Assembly (NCBI GenBank): GCA_964609675.1
Contig: CAZSRX010000021.1
Location: 373 to 64,372, forward strand
DNA length: 64,000 bases
From: an uncultured Bacteroidota bacterium
GTDB lineage: Bacteria; CLD3; SB21; JBBIRG01
Direction of reading: 5' to 3'
Part shown: positions 9,330 to 18,442 of the stretch, piece by piece
How the letters are laid out: each line of letters starts with the position of its first letter
Numbering within the stretch: the stretch's first letter is position 1
Notes under the pieces: generated by a model
Told to the model about the DNA's origin: nothing
Database searches by the model: none
The model's input: the letters and a program-made list of their open reading frames with translations, nothing else
Made by a program: the position numbers and the translations under genes

Positions 9330-9352
9330 ATAATCGGCTTATTTTCTGTGTG

Positions 9353-10333
9353 TTATTTTTTCTTGCTTTTTTTCGTGCTATTTTTTGGGGCGGTCTTTTT
9401 CACGGATTTTTTTGGCGCCGGTTTGTGCGGATACTTTTTTTCGAGTATCTGCTTGACGGTTATGCCGATATCGGCGGGGCTTTTGACTACGTGAATGCCG
9501 GCGGCGGCGAGGGCTTTCATTTTTTCCGCCGCGGTGCCTTTACCACCGCTGATAATCGCGCCGGCGTGGCCCATGCGGCGGCCCGGGGGCGCGGTCTGGC
9601 CGGCGATGAACGCGACGACCGGTTTTTTGAAATGCTTTTTAATCCACGCGGCCGCTTCTTCTTCCGCCGTGCCGCCGATCTCGCCGATCATCACAACCGC
9701 GTCGGTGCCGTCATCTTCGGCAAACAACTGAATGGCGTCAATAAATCGCGTGCCGATTACGGGATCGCCGCCGATACCGATGCAGGTGGACTGCCCGATT
9801 TTCAGCGTCGTCAGCTGATGGACGGCTTCGTACGTCAATGTGCCCGAGCGTGAGATAACGCCCACACGTCCCGGCCGGTGAATGAACGCCGGCATGATGC
9901 CGACTTTGCATTTGCCCGGCGAAATGATCCCCGGACAGTTCGGCCCGATAAGCCGGCAGTTTTTATCTTTTAAGAAATCATACACCTTAACCATGTCCTT
10001 GGTTGGTATCCCCTCGGTGATACAGACAATCAGACTAATGCCGGCTTCAGCGGCCTCTAAAATCGCGTCCGCCCCAAAGGCCGGAGGAACAAAAATCACC
10101 GACGTGTTCGCCCTCGTCGCCTTGATCGCTTCCGCCACCGTGTTAAACACCGGCACGGCATACTTCAGTTTGTCCGTATCATTCCCTTTATACTTCATGC
10201 CGCCCTTGCCGGGTGTAACGCCGCCGACGACATAGTTGCCGTACTGCGTCATCTGGCTGGTGTGGAATGTGCCTTCTTTTCCGGTTATCCCCTGCACAAT
10301 CAGCCGGGTTTTTTTGTCAACAAGAATGCTCAT
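9353..10333 (-). CDS. sucD: succinyl-CoA synthetase (ADP-forming) alpha subunit with an unusual lysine-rich C-terminal tail
   Basis: [28 protein letters not shown]...[26 protein letters not shown]...[14 protein letters not shown] are canonical SucD CoA-binding and ligase motifs. About 35 extra C-terminal residues: [28 protein letters not shown]. Confidence 0.85.
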   Translation of the reverse strand: MSILVDKKTRLIVQGITGKEGTFHTSQMTQYGNYVVGGVTPGKGGMKYKGNDTDKLKYAVPVFNTVAEAIKATRANTSVIFVPPAFGADAILEAAEAGISLIVCITEGIPTKDMVKVYDFLKDKNCRLIGPNCPGIISPGKCKVGIMPAFIHRPGRVGVISRSGTLTYEAVHQLTTLKIGQSTCIGIGGDPVIGTRFIDAIQLFAEDDGTDAVVMIGEIGGTAEEEAAAWIKKHFKKPVVAFIAGQTAPPGRRMGHAGAIISGGKGTAAEKMKALAAAGIHVVKSPADIGITVKQILEKKYPHKPAPKKSVKKTAPKNSTKKSKKK

Positions 10334-10360
10334 ATAAAACCTCTTACATTAGGAGGGTTA

Positions 10361-10828
10361 TTAAAATCCGTGGCTAAACCAAATAATAAACTGCACAATC
10401 ACATTGCTCAAAATCCCTGCAAACACATCGTCCATCATGATACCCCAGCCGCCCGGCCATTCCTGCGCTTTGTCAATGCCAAACCACTTGGTCATATCGA
10501 GTGTACGGAACAGTATAAACGCCGTTAAAATCCAATACCAGACATTCGGTATCAGGAACAAGGCGATCCACATCCCGGCGATTTCATCAATTACCACGCG
10601 GGAAGGGTCTTCGCCCCACTCCGCTTCTGCTCGGGTACCGGACCAGACGCCCGCAAAAAAAGTCAGCAGGATTATAATAAAAAAAACAAAGGAATTCAAC
10701 AGGGAAGGTGAATCCGGCCATAAAAAAAAATAAGCCGCGGCGGCCACCGCGCTCCCTGCCGTACCCGGCATAACCGGAAAATATCCGGCGCCCAATCCGG
10801 TGGCAAGGCCTTTAACAAAAAAATTCAT
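10361..10828 (-). CDS. pgpA: phosphatidylglycerophosphatase A
   Basis: 155-aa membrane protein with GLATGLGAGYFPVMPGTAGSAVAAAAYF, typical of the PgpA family. Confidence 0.75.
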   Translation of the reverse strand: MNFFVKGLATGLGAGYFPVMPGTAGSAVAAAAYFFLWPDSPSLLNSFVFFIIILLTFFAGVWSGTRAEAEWGEDPSRVVIDEIAGMWIALFLIPNVWYWILTAFILFRTLDMTKWFGIDKAQEWPGGWGIMMDDVFAGILSNVIVQFIIWFSHGF

Positions 10829-10936
10829 GGCTTCAGTCGTATCCGTCGGTGGTCCTGTTGACTAATTCAGGAAGAAGATAGGACTTTTTTATATTTTTAC
10901 AACGACTTTTACAGCGGGACAAAAAATTTTTTTATC

Positions 10937-12385
10937 TCACAAATACGACGGCGGCGTAACCTCATAAATAAAAAACAGACCGTCATATTGATGGATTAAA
11001 ATCATCTGCTCCGCGTTGAGGCCCCAGCTTTTGGCCGTGATTGGATTAAATAACCATGCGTTTCCTTCCGACAGTTTTTTTCTGGATATGTCCAGAAAGC
11101 AAAACCGCCGGTCCGACCGGTAAAAGATGGATTCCAGACTACCTGAGGTTGCCGGCGAAATATCATAAACAACGCGATGGTTCGTCGCTGCCCGGCCGCG
11201 ATAGATATAGAAGCCGACCGTGTACATTTCCGCGCGATGATTGTCGCTCAGCCAATGGCCCATATTCTTGAATGCGTAATCGCTGCCGATGACTTCGTCA
11301 TACCGGTTACATACATGCGCATTGTGAGCCCAGACGATGATTTTCTTGCCGGGAAAAAGCGTATCGATGAGGAAATCAATGTTTTCGGCCATGCTACGGT
11401 CCCTGATAACCGACGCGGCCTGATAGTTCTGCTGGGCTTGAAGGACAAACAGATCCACTGCCGCCGGCGTCATGTGCGCTTCCTGCGTTAAAACGCGGAT
11501 CAGACCGCTCTCCTGCGGATGCAGTGATTGTAGCGCCGTTTTTCCTGTTTCCAGAAACTGATACAGAGTGTCATAAAATTGCTTTATTGTATTCTGGTTG
11601 CTTATCAGATAACCGATATCGGCGCCCTGCGTGAACATGGAATCCTGCCGGTACACGGCGTCGGCATAAACGGCATCGAGCGGCTGAATGATCCGCTTGT
11701 AATCATAGGCCCGCCCGAAGTAGCTGTAGGTGGAGCTCATCTGGATGTCAAAACCGGCAACATCGAGCGGCCGCGACGACGTACGCGTTTCCTTAAGGTA
11801 TTCAAACAGCGGGAGGAGTTCTTCCGTATGCCACACCGGAAACACCGACCGCTTCATGTTCATCAGGGGCGTTTCCTTCAACACGTTGGTATTCGCGCTG
11901 AAACAATCATAAAGGCCGCTCTCAAAAGCGATGACACCGAAATCGCATTGTTCGTGAAGAAATTTTATGAGGCGCACCTTGGCCATGCTGAATTGTGCGA
12001 CACCGTGACCGCTTTCGCCCAGCAGGACGATACGCTTGCCTTGAAAATACGTTTTCAGACAATCCAAATCGTTAAAATGCGAAGAGGTCAGGGAGCGGAC
12101 CGGCGCCGCGTTGGTTTTAATCCACGCGCTCCAGACAGCGTTTTCCGGCGGCGCGCCGGAATCGGGAGGAATCTGAAGTTCCTTATCGGTCAGTAAATCC
12201 GACGGGTAATTGTCGAAGCCATCGGAATGGTTATCGCAGGAACCTGATGACACCATTAAAATGAGCAGGCCTAATTGACGCCAACGACAAAGCGCGGTCA
12301 ATGGCTTTTGCATAACACGAATACGATAATCCATGAACGGTAATCGCTGTATTAAAAAATAACGACGCCAATCAATCTCAGACAT
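10937..12385 (-). CDS. erythromycin esterase-family protein (putative lipoprotein)
   Basis: LLGESGHGVAQF...VIAFESGLYD resembles the Ere family GEATHGT motif region. Hydrophobic leader LGLLILMVSSGSC. The start may be a downstream Met. The annotated ATG overlaps the pgsA stop by 8 nt. Confidence 0.5.
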   Translation of the reverse strand: MSEIDWRRYFLIQRLPFMDYRIRVMQKPLTALCRWRQLGLLILMVSSGSCDNHSDGFDNYPSDLLTDKELQIPPDSGAPPENAVWSAWIKTNAAPVRSLTSSHFNDLDCLKTYFQGKRIVLLGESGHGVAQFSMAKVRLIKFLHEQCDFGVIAFESGLYDCFSANTNVLKETPLMNMKRSVFPVWHTEELLPLFEYLKETRTSSRPLDVAGFDIQMSSTYSYFGRAYDYKRIIQPLDAVYADAVYRQDSMFTQGADIGYLISNQNTIKQFYDTLYQFLETGKTALQSLHPQESGLIRVLTQEAHMTPAAVDLFVLQAQQNYQAASVIRDRSMAENIDFLIDTLFPGKKIIVWAHNAHVCNRYDEVIGSDYAFKNMGHWLSDNHRAEMYTVGFYIYRGRAATNHRVVYDISPATSGSLESIFYRSDRRFCFLDISRKKLSEGNAWLFNPITAKSWGLNAEQMILIHQYDGLFFIYEVTPPSYL

Positions 12386-13031
12386 TCTTGAAAAAAGAAA
12401 ATGTCGCCATCTTACGCACCGCGTCCCAGTTCTGATAGAGATAGAACACGCCGGATAATGCAGTAAAAAACGTAACCAACAGCATGCCGCTGTAAATCAC
12501 GTTGTACGTTGTAAACCAATTAACCGTGTTGGAAATAAAGTTCATGAAATCCACGCCGAAATCCGTCAGCAGGGACTGCAGGGCGATAAAGAGCAATATC
12601 AGCCCGATCATCAGCATCTGAAACGCCGTCTTAAGCTTGGCAAAGAAATTGGTGATAATCGGCTTGCCCTGATGCATCGCGTAGGAGCGCAGGCTGGTAA
12701 CAATCAGGTCCCGCAATACAATCACCATCACCATCCATAGCTTGATCAAGCCGATGTAGACGAACGAAAACAGTGCGGACAGTACCAGCACCTTATCGGC
12801 CAGCGGGTCCAGGAAACGCCCCCAGTCGGAACTGAACCCGTACCGGCGCGCCAGATAACCGTCCAGCCAGTCGGTAACGGAAGCCACCAGAAAAAGCAAA
12901 ACCGCGTAAAACTGCAGATCGCTTTTCAGCACGCAGTAAACAAAAAACGGTGTCAGTACAATCCGGAACACCGTCAGGATATTTGGTATATGCTTCAGCA
13001 TAGCAGAATTTACTTGTTTATGTCCGCTCAA
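12378..13031 (-). CDS. pgsA: CDP-diacylglycerol--glycerol-3-phosphate 3-phosphatidyltransferase (CDP-alcohol phosphatidyltransferase family)
   Basis: DWLDGYLARRYGFSSDWGRFLDPLADKVLV is the CDP-alcohol phosphotransferase signature D-G-x2-A-R-x8-G-x3-D-x3-D. Multiple TM helices. Confidence 0.75.
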   Translation of the reverse strand: MSGHKQVNSAMLKHIPNILTVFRIVLTPFFVYCVLKSDLQFYAVLLFLVASVTDWLDGYLARRYGFSSDWGRFLDPLADKVLVLSALFSFVYIGLIKLWMVMVIVLRDLIVTSLRSYAMHQGKPIITNFFAKLKTAFQMLMIGLILLFIALQSLLTDFGVDFMNFISNTVNWFTTYNVIYSGMLLVTFFTALSGVFYLYQNWDAVRKMATFSFFKNV

Positions 13032-13130
13032 AACACCTATATTAGCGACCTTATTAAGGTAAGTTAAAAAAGGATTTAAGACAAGTATTTTTTTGCAAAC
13101 GCAATTTACTTACGCCTAAACAGGGGCCCT

Positions 13131-13862
13131 ATGATCTGGCAGTTTTTAGACACCGGTTTGCATACCGGAGCGTATAACATGGCGCTGGACGAACAACTGG
13201 CGCGCGAAGTGGGAGCGGGCACGCGCCCGTCCGTACTGCGGTTTTTTCAGTGGCAACCGTACTGCATCTCCCTTGGCAAGCATCAGCGGATGGATGATAT
13301 CGACACCGCGCGGGCGCAAGCGGAAGGTATTGACGTGGTATACCGGCCCACCGGCGGCCGGGCCATCCTGCACGCGGAGGAACTGACGTACAGTGTCGTG
13401 TTTAAAAATGAAATTACCGGTACGGTGGAAGAGACCTACCGGCTTATTAGTGAAGCGCTGGTACAGGGTCTGCGGGCCGTCGGCGTGGATGCGGCTATGA
13501 ATCCCGCTCAGCCGAACTTCCGCCAATGGTATACGCAGCCCGTGTCCAAGCTCTGTTTTTCAAGCTCCGCGCGTCATGAAATTCAGGTTGACGGCCGCAA
13601 ACTGGTCGGCAGCGCCCAGCGACGGCTTTCCGGCGCCGTGCTCCAGCACGGGTCGATCCTGCTGGGATCGTTTCACCGCCGTCTGCCGGAATTCCTCAAC
13701 GTACCCGAACCGGCCAAAATCATCATGCGCCAGATGATGGACGAAAAAACCATCGAAATCGGGCAAATAACTTCCGTGAATCTGGAAACTCTGAAAACCG
13801 CCATACGGCAAGCGTTTGCGGAAGTATTCTCTATTGAATTTCACGAAGCGGAGGCGCCGTAA
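13131..13862 (+). CDS. lipoate-protein ligase / BPL-LPL catalytic domain family protein
   Basis: YNMALDEQLAREV...YRPTGGRAILHAEELTY resembles the LplA/LipB motif RRxSGGGAVxHD. 243 aa. Confidence 0.6.
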   Translation: MIWQFLDTGLHTGAYNMALDEQLAREVGAGTRPSVLRFFQWQPYCISLGKHQRMDDIDTARAQAEGIDVVYRPTGGRAILHAEELTYSVVFKNEITGTVEETYRLISEALVQGLRAVGVDAAMNPAQPNFRQWYTQPVSKLCFSSSARHEIQVDGRKLVGSAQRRLSGAVLQHGSILLGSFHRRLPEFLNVPEPAKIIMRQMMDEKTIEIGQITSVNLETLKTAIRQAFAEVFSIEFHEAEAP

Positions 13863-13866
13863 CCTT

Positions 13867-14322
13867 ATGGACGCTCCGGAAAGACCGCGCTATACCATCT
13901 ATACGGATGGCGCCTGTAAAAGCAATCCCGGACCCGGAGGCTGGGCGGCAATCATTCTCTCCGATTCGTCCCCCATACGCGAGGAATTGCAGATATCCGG
14001 TCATTGCGCATCCACGACCAACAATATCATGGAAATGACGGCCGTTATCCGCGCGCTGGAGAGCCTTCCGCAGCCGGCGCGCGTGGTGGTATACAGCGAC
14101 AGCGCTTATATTGTCAACGCGTTTCGGGAGCGATGGTTCGATCAGTGGATCCGTAACGGTTGGAAAACGAGCGGCCGCAAACCGGTCAAAAACCGCGCTT
14201 TATGGGAAAAGCTTCTGGATTTATGCGCCGTTCACACCGTACAGTTTATCAAAGTGGCCGGACACACCGGAGATCCTTATAATGAGCGGGCCGATCGCCT
14301 GGCCAATCAGGCGATACCATGA
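13867..14322 (+). CDS. rnhA: ribonuclease HI
   Basis: MDAPERPRYTIYTDGACKSNPGPGGWAAII...MELTAVIRALESL...VYSDSAYIVNAF...KVAGHTGDPYNERADRLANQA shows the canonical RNase H catalytic DEDD region. Start chosen at the ATG at 13867 rather than the ORF-track start, which overlaps the previous gene. Confidence 0.85.
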   Translation: MDAPERPRYTIYTDGACKSNPGPGGWAAIILSDSSPIREELQISGHCASTTNNIMEMTAVIRALESLPQPARVVVYSDSAYIVNAFRERWFDQWIRNGWKTSGRKPVKNRALWEKLLDLCAVHTVQFIKVAGHTGDPYNERADRLANQAIP

Positions 14323-15176
14323 AAGCGGTTTCCGTAATACATTATTTCGAATATTTTCTGCTCCGTTTAGTACGTGCCTTTTTGTGGTTTTTCCCGTTGC
14401 GCGTTATCTCGGCAACAGGCGCGTTTGCCGGACTTATCTTTTATACGCTGGGAATTCGTAAAGCCGTCGCCCGTGATAATATTATTCTAGCCGGAATCTG
14501 CAAAGATTCCAGGCATCTTAAACAACTGCTGAAAAGCAACTATAAAAATCTCGGCCGGACATTTACGGAGTTACTGATGAATGACCGCCTACCTATAAAG
14601 GAAGGACGTAATTTCAGGTGGGACATACCTTCCGATTTCCTGACGGTAATAAGGCGCGGCGCTATTTTGATTTCCGGTCACATCGGCAGTTGGGAATTGA
14701 TGGGCCAAGCGCTGGTGCAATATGGCGTTAAACTCGCGGTTGTCGTGCGACGGCAGGCCAATCCGCTCACGGATCGTTACATCAACCGCATCCGCCAACG
14801 TTGCGGCATGGACGTCGTCTATGACGAGGAACTGTTTAAACTGCGGCGACATCTCGCCGACGGGCATGCGATAGCCCTTCTCGCAGACCAGGACTACGGA
14901 AAACCGGGCGAGCCGGTTGTTTTTTTCGGCCGGCCGTGCCGCGCGCCTGCCGGTCCCGGCCGTCTGGCTGTCCGTCTGAAAATTCCGGTCTATTTATGTA
15001 CCTCCTACAGAAAAAATGGAGTTGATTTTACTTTCTCCATTAAACCGGTTCCTTTTTCTGACGAGGCGGATATCGGCGAAATAACCTCCCGGTATACAGC
15101 CATGCTTGAAACCCTCATTCGGAAACATCCGGATCAGTGGCTGTGGCAGCACAAGCGGTGGAAATTAGCGAAATAA
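14319..15176 (+). CDS. lipid A biosynthesis (Kdo2-lipid IVA) acyltransferase, LpxL/HtrB family
   Basis: N-terminal TM helix, then HIGSWELMG (HX4E-like acyltransferase motif) and a late-acyltransferase-like length of 285 aa. ATGA overlap with rnhA. Confidence 0.7.
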   Translation: MKAVSVIHYFEYFLLRLVRAFLWFFPLRVISATGAFAGLIFYTLGIRKAVARDNIILAGICKDSRHLKQLLKSNYKNLGRTFTELLMNDRLPIKEGRNFRWDIPSDFLTVIRRGAILISGHIGSWELMGQALVQYGVKLAVVVRRQANPLTDRYINRIRQRCGMDVVYDEELFKLRRHLADGHAIALLADQDYGKPGEPVVFFGRPCRAPAGPGRLAVRLKIPVYLCTSYRKNGVDFTFSIKPVPFSDEADIGEITSRYTAMLETLIRKHPDQWLWQHKRWKLAK

Positions 15177-15248
15177 ATACTTGAAAATATGTTTTTTTTG
15201 AGATAATTTAATATTTTATAGAGTAATTCTCACCGAATATATAAAGGT

Positions 15249-16532
15249 ATGGACCCCGAAAAACCCAAGGATCCGTTGCTGAGCAACATCGACCAGATTC
15301 TGGAAAACCTGAGAAACCGGCAAGCAGAAATTCTCTGCGTGGACGACGAACCGTCCATGCTGAACGTGCTGGAACGGATATTCTCGGATGATTTCACGGT
15401 TTACAAAGCGGCCAGCGGTGCCGAGGGCCTGGAGATTCTCAAACAGAAACCGGATATTGAGCTAATCATTTCCGATCAACGAATGCCGGTCATGTCGGGA
15501 ACGGAATTCCTTAACCGCTCTCGAGAAATTAATCCCAACTGCATCCGCATCATACTCACCGGTTATACCGACATCAAAGATCTTGTGGATTCCATCAATA
15601 CCGGCAAGGTTTTTCAGTATGTCACCAAACCTTTTGAGCCTGACGAACTGCGGATCGTTATCAAGCGCGGCCTGGATTATTATCGCAAAAACCGGGAAGT
15701 GCAGGTGGCTTATGAGGAATTGCAGAAGGCCTATATTCATCTGCGCGAAACCCAGAACCAGCTCATCCGTTCCGAAAAGATGTCGATGCTCGGCCAGCTG
15801 ATGGCTAACATCGCCCATGAAATCCGCAATCCGATCAGCAATATCAATAACTCATCCAAACTGCTGGCGATGGAATGGCTCGGCGTCAAGCGTTTTCTCG
15901 TTAAAATGGACCAGGCCGAAAGCGTTGAACAGATTGAGGCCATCTTATCCAACGAAGACGACCGCATCGACGTGCCGCAAACGGTTACGGATTTTGACGC
16001 GGCACTCTCGATCATAACCCATAGTTGCGAGTTGGCCGGCGAGATTATCGAAGACCTGCGCGGGTTCTCGCGCCTTGACGACGCGCATTTCGTGGATACC
16101 GACATTAATTTTCAGATCAACCGGGCGCTGAAACTTCTGCAGTCCAAATACAAACATCAGATCGAGTTCCGGAAAGAGCTTCAGGACCTGCCGCTGATCC
16201 CCGGTTTTCCGGGCCCTATCGCCCAAGTATTAATCAACATCATGGACAACGCGGCTCATGCCATGAACGGCAAGGGCGTCGTGGAAATCCGCAGCCGGCA
16301 GGCCGACAGTTACGTGGTGGTGGACATTACCGACCACGGCTCCGGAATCCCTCAGGACATCGTCCATAAAATCTTTGATTACGGTTTTACGACCAAAGGC
16401 GCCAACGAAGGCACCGGATTAGGCCTGGCGATTGCCAGCGAAATCATGAAACGCCATAAGGGCCGAATCGAAGTGACCAGCCAACCGGGCGAAGGCTCTA
16501 CGTTCAGTATTTATTTTCCTGTTAAAAAATAA
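15249..16532 (+). CDS. cytoplasmic hybrid response-regulator receiver / histidine kinase (REC-HisKA-HATPase_c)
   Basis: REC domain ILCVDDEP...IISDQRMPVMSG...ILTGY, then the H-box ANIAHEIRNPIS and the ATPase motifs DNAAHAM, DHGSGI and GTGLGLAIASEIM. No TM helix. Confidence 0.75.
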   Translation: MDPEKPKDPLLSNIDQILENLRNRQAEILCVDDEPSMLNVLERIFSDDFTVYKAASGAEGLEILKQKPDIELIISDQRMPVMSGTEFLNRSREINPNCIRIILTGYTDIKDLVDSINTGKVFQYVTKPFEPDELRIVIKRGLDYYRKNREVQVAYEELQKAYIHLRETQNQLIRSEKMSMLGQLMANIAHEIRNPISNINNSSKLLAMEWLGVKRFLVKMDQAESVEQIEAILSNEDDRIDVPQTVTDFDAALSIITHSCELAGEIIEDLRGFSRLDDAHFVDTDINFQINRALKLLQSKYKHQIEFRKELQDLPLIPGFPGPIAQVLINIMDNAAHAMNGKGVVEIRSRQADSYVVVDITDHGSGIPQDIVHKIFDYGFTTKGANEGTGLGLAIASEIMKRHKGRIEVTSQPGEGSTFSIYFPVKK

Positions 16533-16565
16533 CCCCGACCGGTTTGGGTCAGGGTATTTGAAGCG

Positions 16566-16648
16566 TGCCGAGGAGGGGAGTTGAACCCCTACGCCCTTGC
16601 GAGCACTAGTACCTGAAACTAGCGTGTCTGCCATTTCACCACCTCGGC
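16566..16648 (-). tRNA. tRNA-Leu (anticodon CAG), class II with long variable arm, no encoded CCA
   Basis: The reverse complement reads GCCGAGGTGGTGAAATGGCAGACACGCTAGTTTCAGGTACTAGTGCTCGCAAGGGCGTAGGGGTTCAACTCCCCTCCTCGGCA. Acceptor stem GCCGAGG/CCTCGGC, anticodon stem CTAGT/ACTAG with loop TTCAGGT, T-arm GGGGTTCAACTCCCC. Confidence 0.8.
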
Positions 16649-17376
16649 AGTCAAGGAAGTAAATTATACAAAAAAAATTGAAATAATCAAATGAAATTAT
16701 TTTTGATATAAAAAACGCTGTCTGTTCGCCGAGCCACATTCGCAGGTTACAACGAAAAGCATACTGTAAAGCATGCGCCGTTTCATCAAATAGTTACTTT
16801 TTTATTAAGACTGACACCATCCTACGCAAGTCCGTGGGGCCTCAAAGAAAACACCATCGATAGATGCCTGAACGTTGTACGGTTTCTTTAAAATATAATC
16901 TCTTCGCGCAGTAAAAAAATTAACGCCTTTGAAATATTGACGGCCCTGCTTGCGTAAAATCAAATGCGATTCATTACGGAGGGCTGGCATGCACTTACAA
17001 CGGTTACGTCTGCTCCAGCGATGAAGCGGATTTCCTGGTGTGTTATGAAAAGAAAACCATCGAACAACTGCTGGCCGCGCTTTCGTAACGCCTTTCCGGT
17101 TTTGCTTCTGAATTAGGTATGGAGAACTTTTCTGATGAACAAGGCGCTATCCGCATTAATAATGCCTTTCCGATTAACCTATGCACATGGATATCCGGCT
17201 ATCGTTATAAATATTTGTTATCGTTTGATAAATATTTGGAAACGGCCCATTATTGTCTGCCGTATCTCCATACGGCTCTGCATGTCCGGCTTTAGAAAAA
17301 TTCCCTTCGCGAGCAGGACGCCTTTGATGGTATCCAACTTAAAGAACTGATTGGGCCCAACCGCCGTTTATTTTAT

Positions 17377-18423
17377 TTAAAACAGCTCTTCAATCGCTTT
17401 AATACTGCGGGTCATACGTTCTTCCCAAGGGCCGCCGATCAGTATATGCGGCCAGTGACGCTGGCGGAGTTCTTCTATAAATTTTTGTTTAAATGTTTCC
17501 CGCAAATGCGCGTGATTTCTTTGCGGTTCTTTAAAATACGGCACATCCGTATCCAGAACGATATGCAGATCATAGCGCCGCTCAGCTTCCATCCGTATAA
17601 TAGCCGGGTCGCAATATCCGGTAAACACTTCGCTGAAAAACCGCGTCACCATCAGGTCGGTGTCGCACAAGAGCAGCTTTTCGGCTTGCTGGGCGAGCGT
17701 GTCTTCCAGAAGCTGTTGCCCTTCCGCAATCCTCAGAAAATCCTCACGCCGTAGGGAGCGATCCAGCGCTTCGACATATTGCCGTCCGTATTCCGGGACC
17801 CATAGCGTCCGGAAATGCTCGGCGAGTTTCTGCGCAAGGACGGTTTTTCCGGTAGACTCCGGTCCGGTAATCACCACGCGTTTTACGTAATAGGCCTTGA
17901 CCGGCGGCGGCAGAAAATTCCAGTATGCATACGGATTGCTTCGGATGGCTGTTCCGGAAACCGGTACCGCCCCGCGTTCCTTATCGCAGAGAATATGTTT
18001 CGCGCCGAGGCGTCGCGCCAGCTCATCGCCGTAATCTTCGGATGAAAACACGTAATCGGGCCCCGTGGGACAGCGTTTTCGTATACTGCGTATCCAAATA
18101 TCCCAGAACGCCGGATGCTCTTCCGGATACTGCGGGTTCTCGTCGTCGCAATGCACCACGTTCGCCTGCGGATAAGTCTTTCGGACCCAATCCACCCGTA
18201 ACGGACCGGAAATCGGCTCGCGCTTCAGCGTGCCGACTATGATGGTCAGAAAATCTACGCGGCTCAGCGCATAATCAATCAGGTACTGGTGGCCTTTATG
18301 AAACGGAAGAAACTTGCCGATGATCAAACCTGTAGTCCCCGTCATAATTCTGTAAACTCCGTACGGTTTGGATTTCTGATTTTTTTTCCTTACCATTTTA
18401 TATAAAACCCGGCAACAAAACAA
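17377..18423 (-). CDS. NadR-like bifunctional NMN adenylyltransferase / ribosylnicotinamide kinase (no HTH domain)
   Basis: IIGKFLPFHKGHQYLIDYA is the (H/T)xGH nucleotidyltransferase motif. VITGPESTGKTVLAQKLAE is the Walker A of the C-terminal kinase. The true start is likely the ATG at 18345 (MTGTTGLIIGKF). Confidence 0.7.
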   Translation of the reverse strand: MFCCRVLYKMVRKKNQKSKPYGVYRIMTGTTGLIIGKFLPFHKGHQYLIDYALSRVDFLTIIVGTLKREPISGPLRVDWVRKTYPQANVVHCDDENPQYPEEHPAFWDIWIRSIRKRCPTGPDYVFSSEDYGDELARRLGAKHILCDKERGAVPVSGTAIRSNPYAYWNFLPPPVKAYYVKRVVITGPESTGKTVLAQKLAEHFRTLWVPEYGRQYVEALDRSLRREDFLRIAEGQQLLEDTLAQQAEKLLLCDTDLMVTRFFSEVFTGYCDPAIIRMEAERRYDLHIVLDTDVPYFKEPQRNHAHLRETFKQKFIEELRQRHWPHILIGGPWEERMTRSIKAIEELF

Positions 18424-18442
18424 CTATTTAAAAGGCGTTTAT

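Noticed and set aside
16933-17088. 52-codon Cys-rich frame (NIDGPACVKSNAIHYGGLACTYNGYVCSSDEADFLVCYEKKTIEQLLAALS)
   Set aside because: It has no in-frame ATG, GTG or TTG start with an RBS and is too short. It could be a gene remnant but is not supportable as a CDS.
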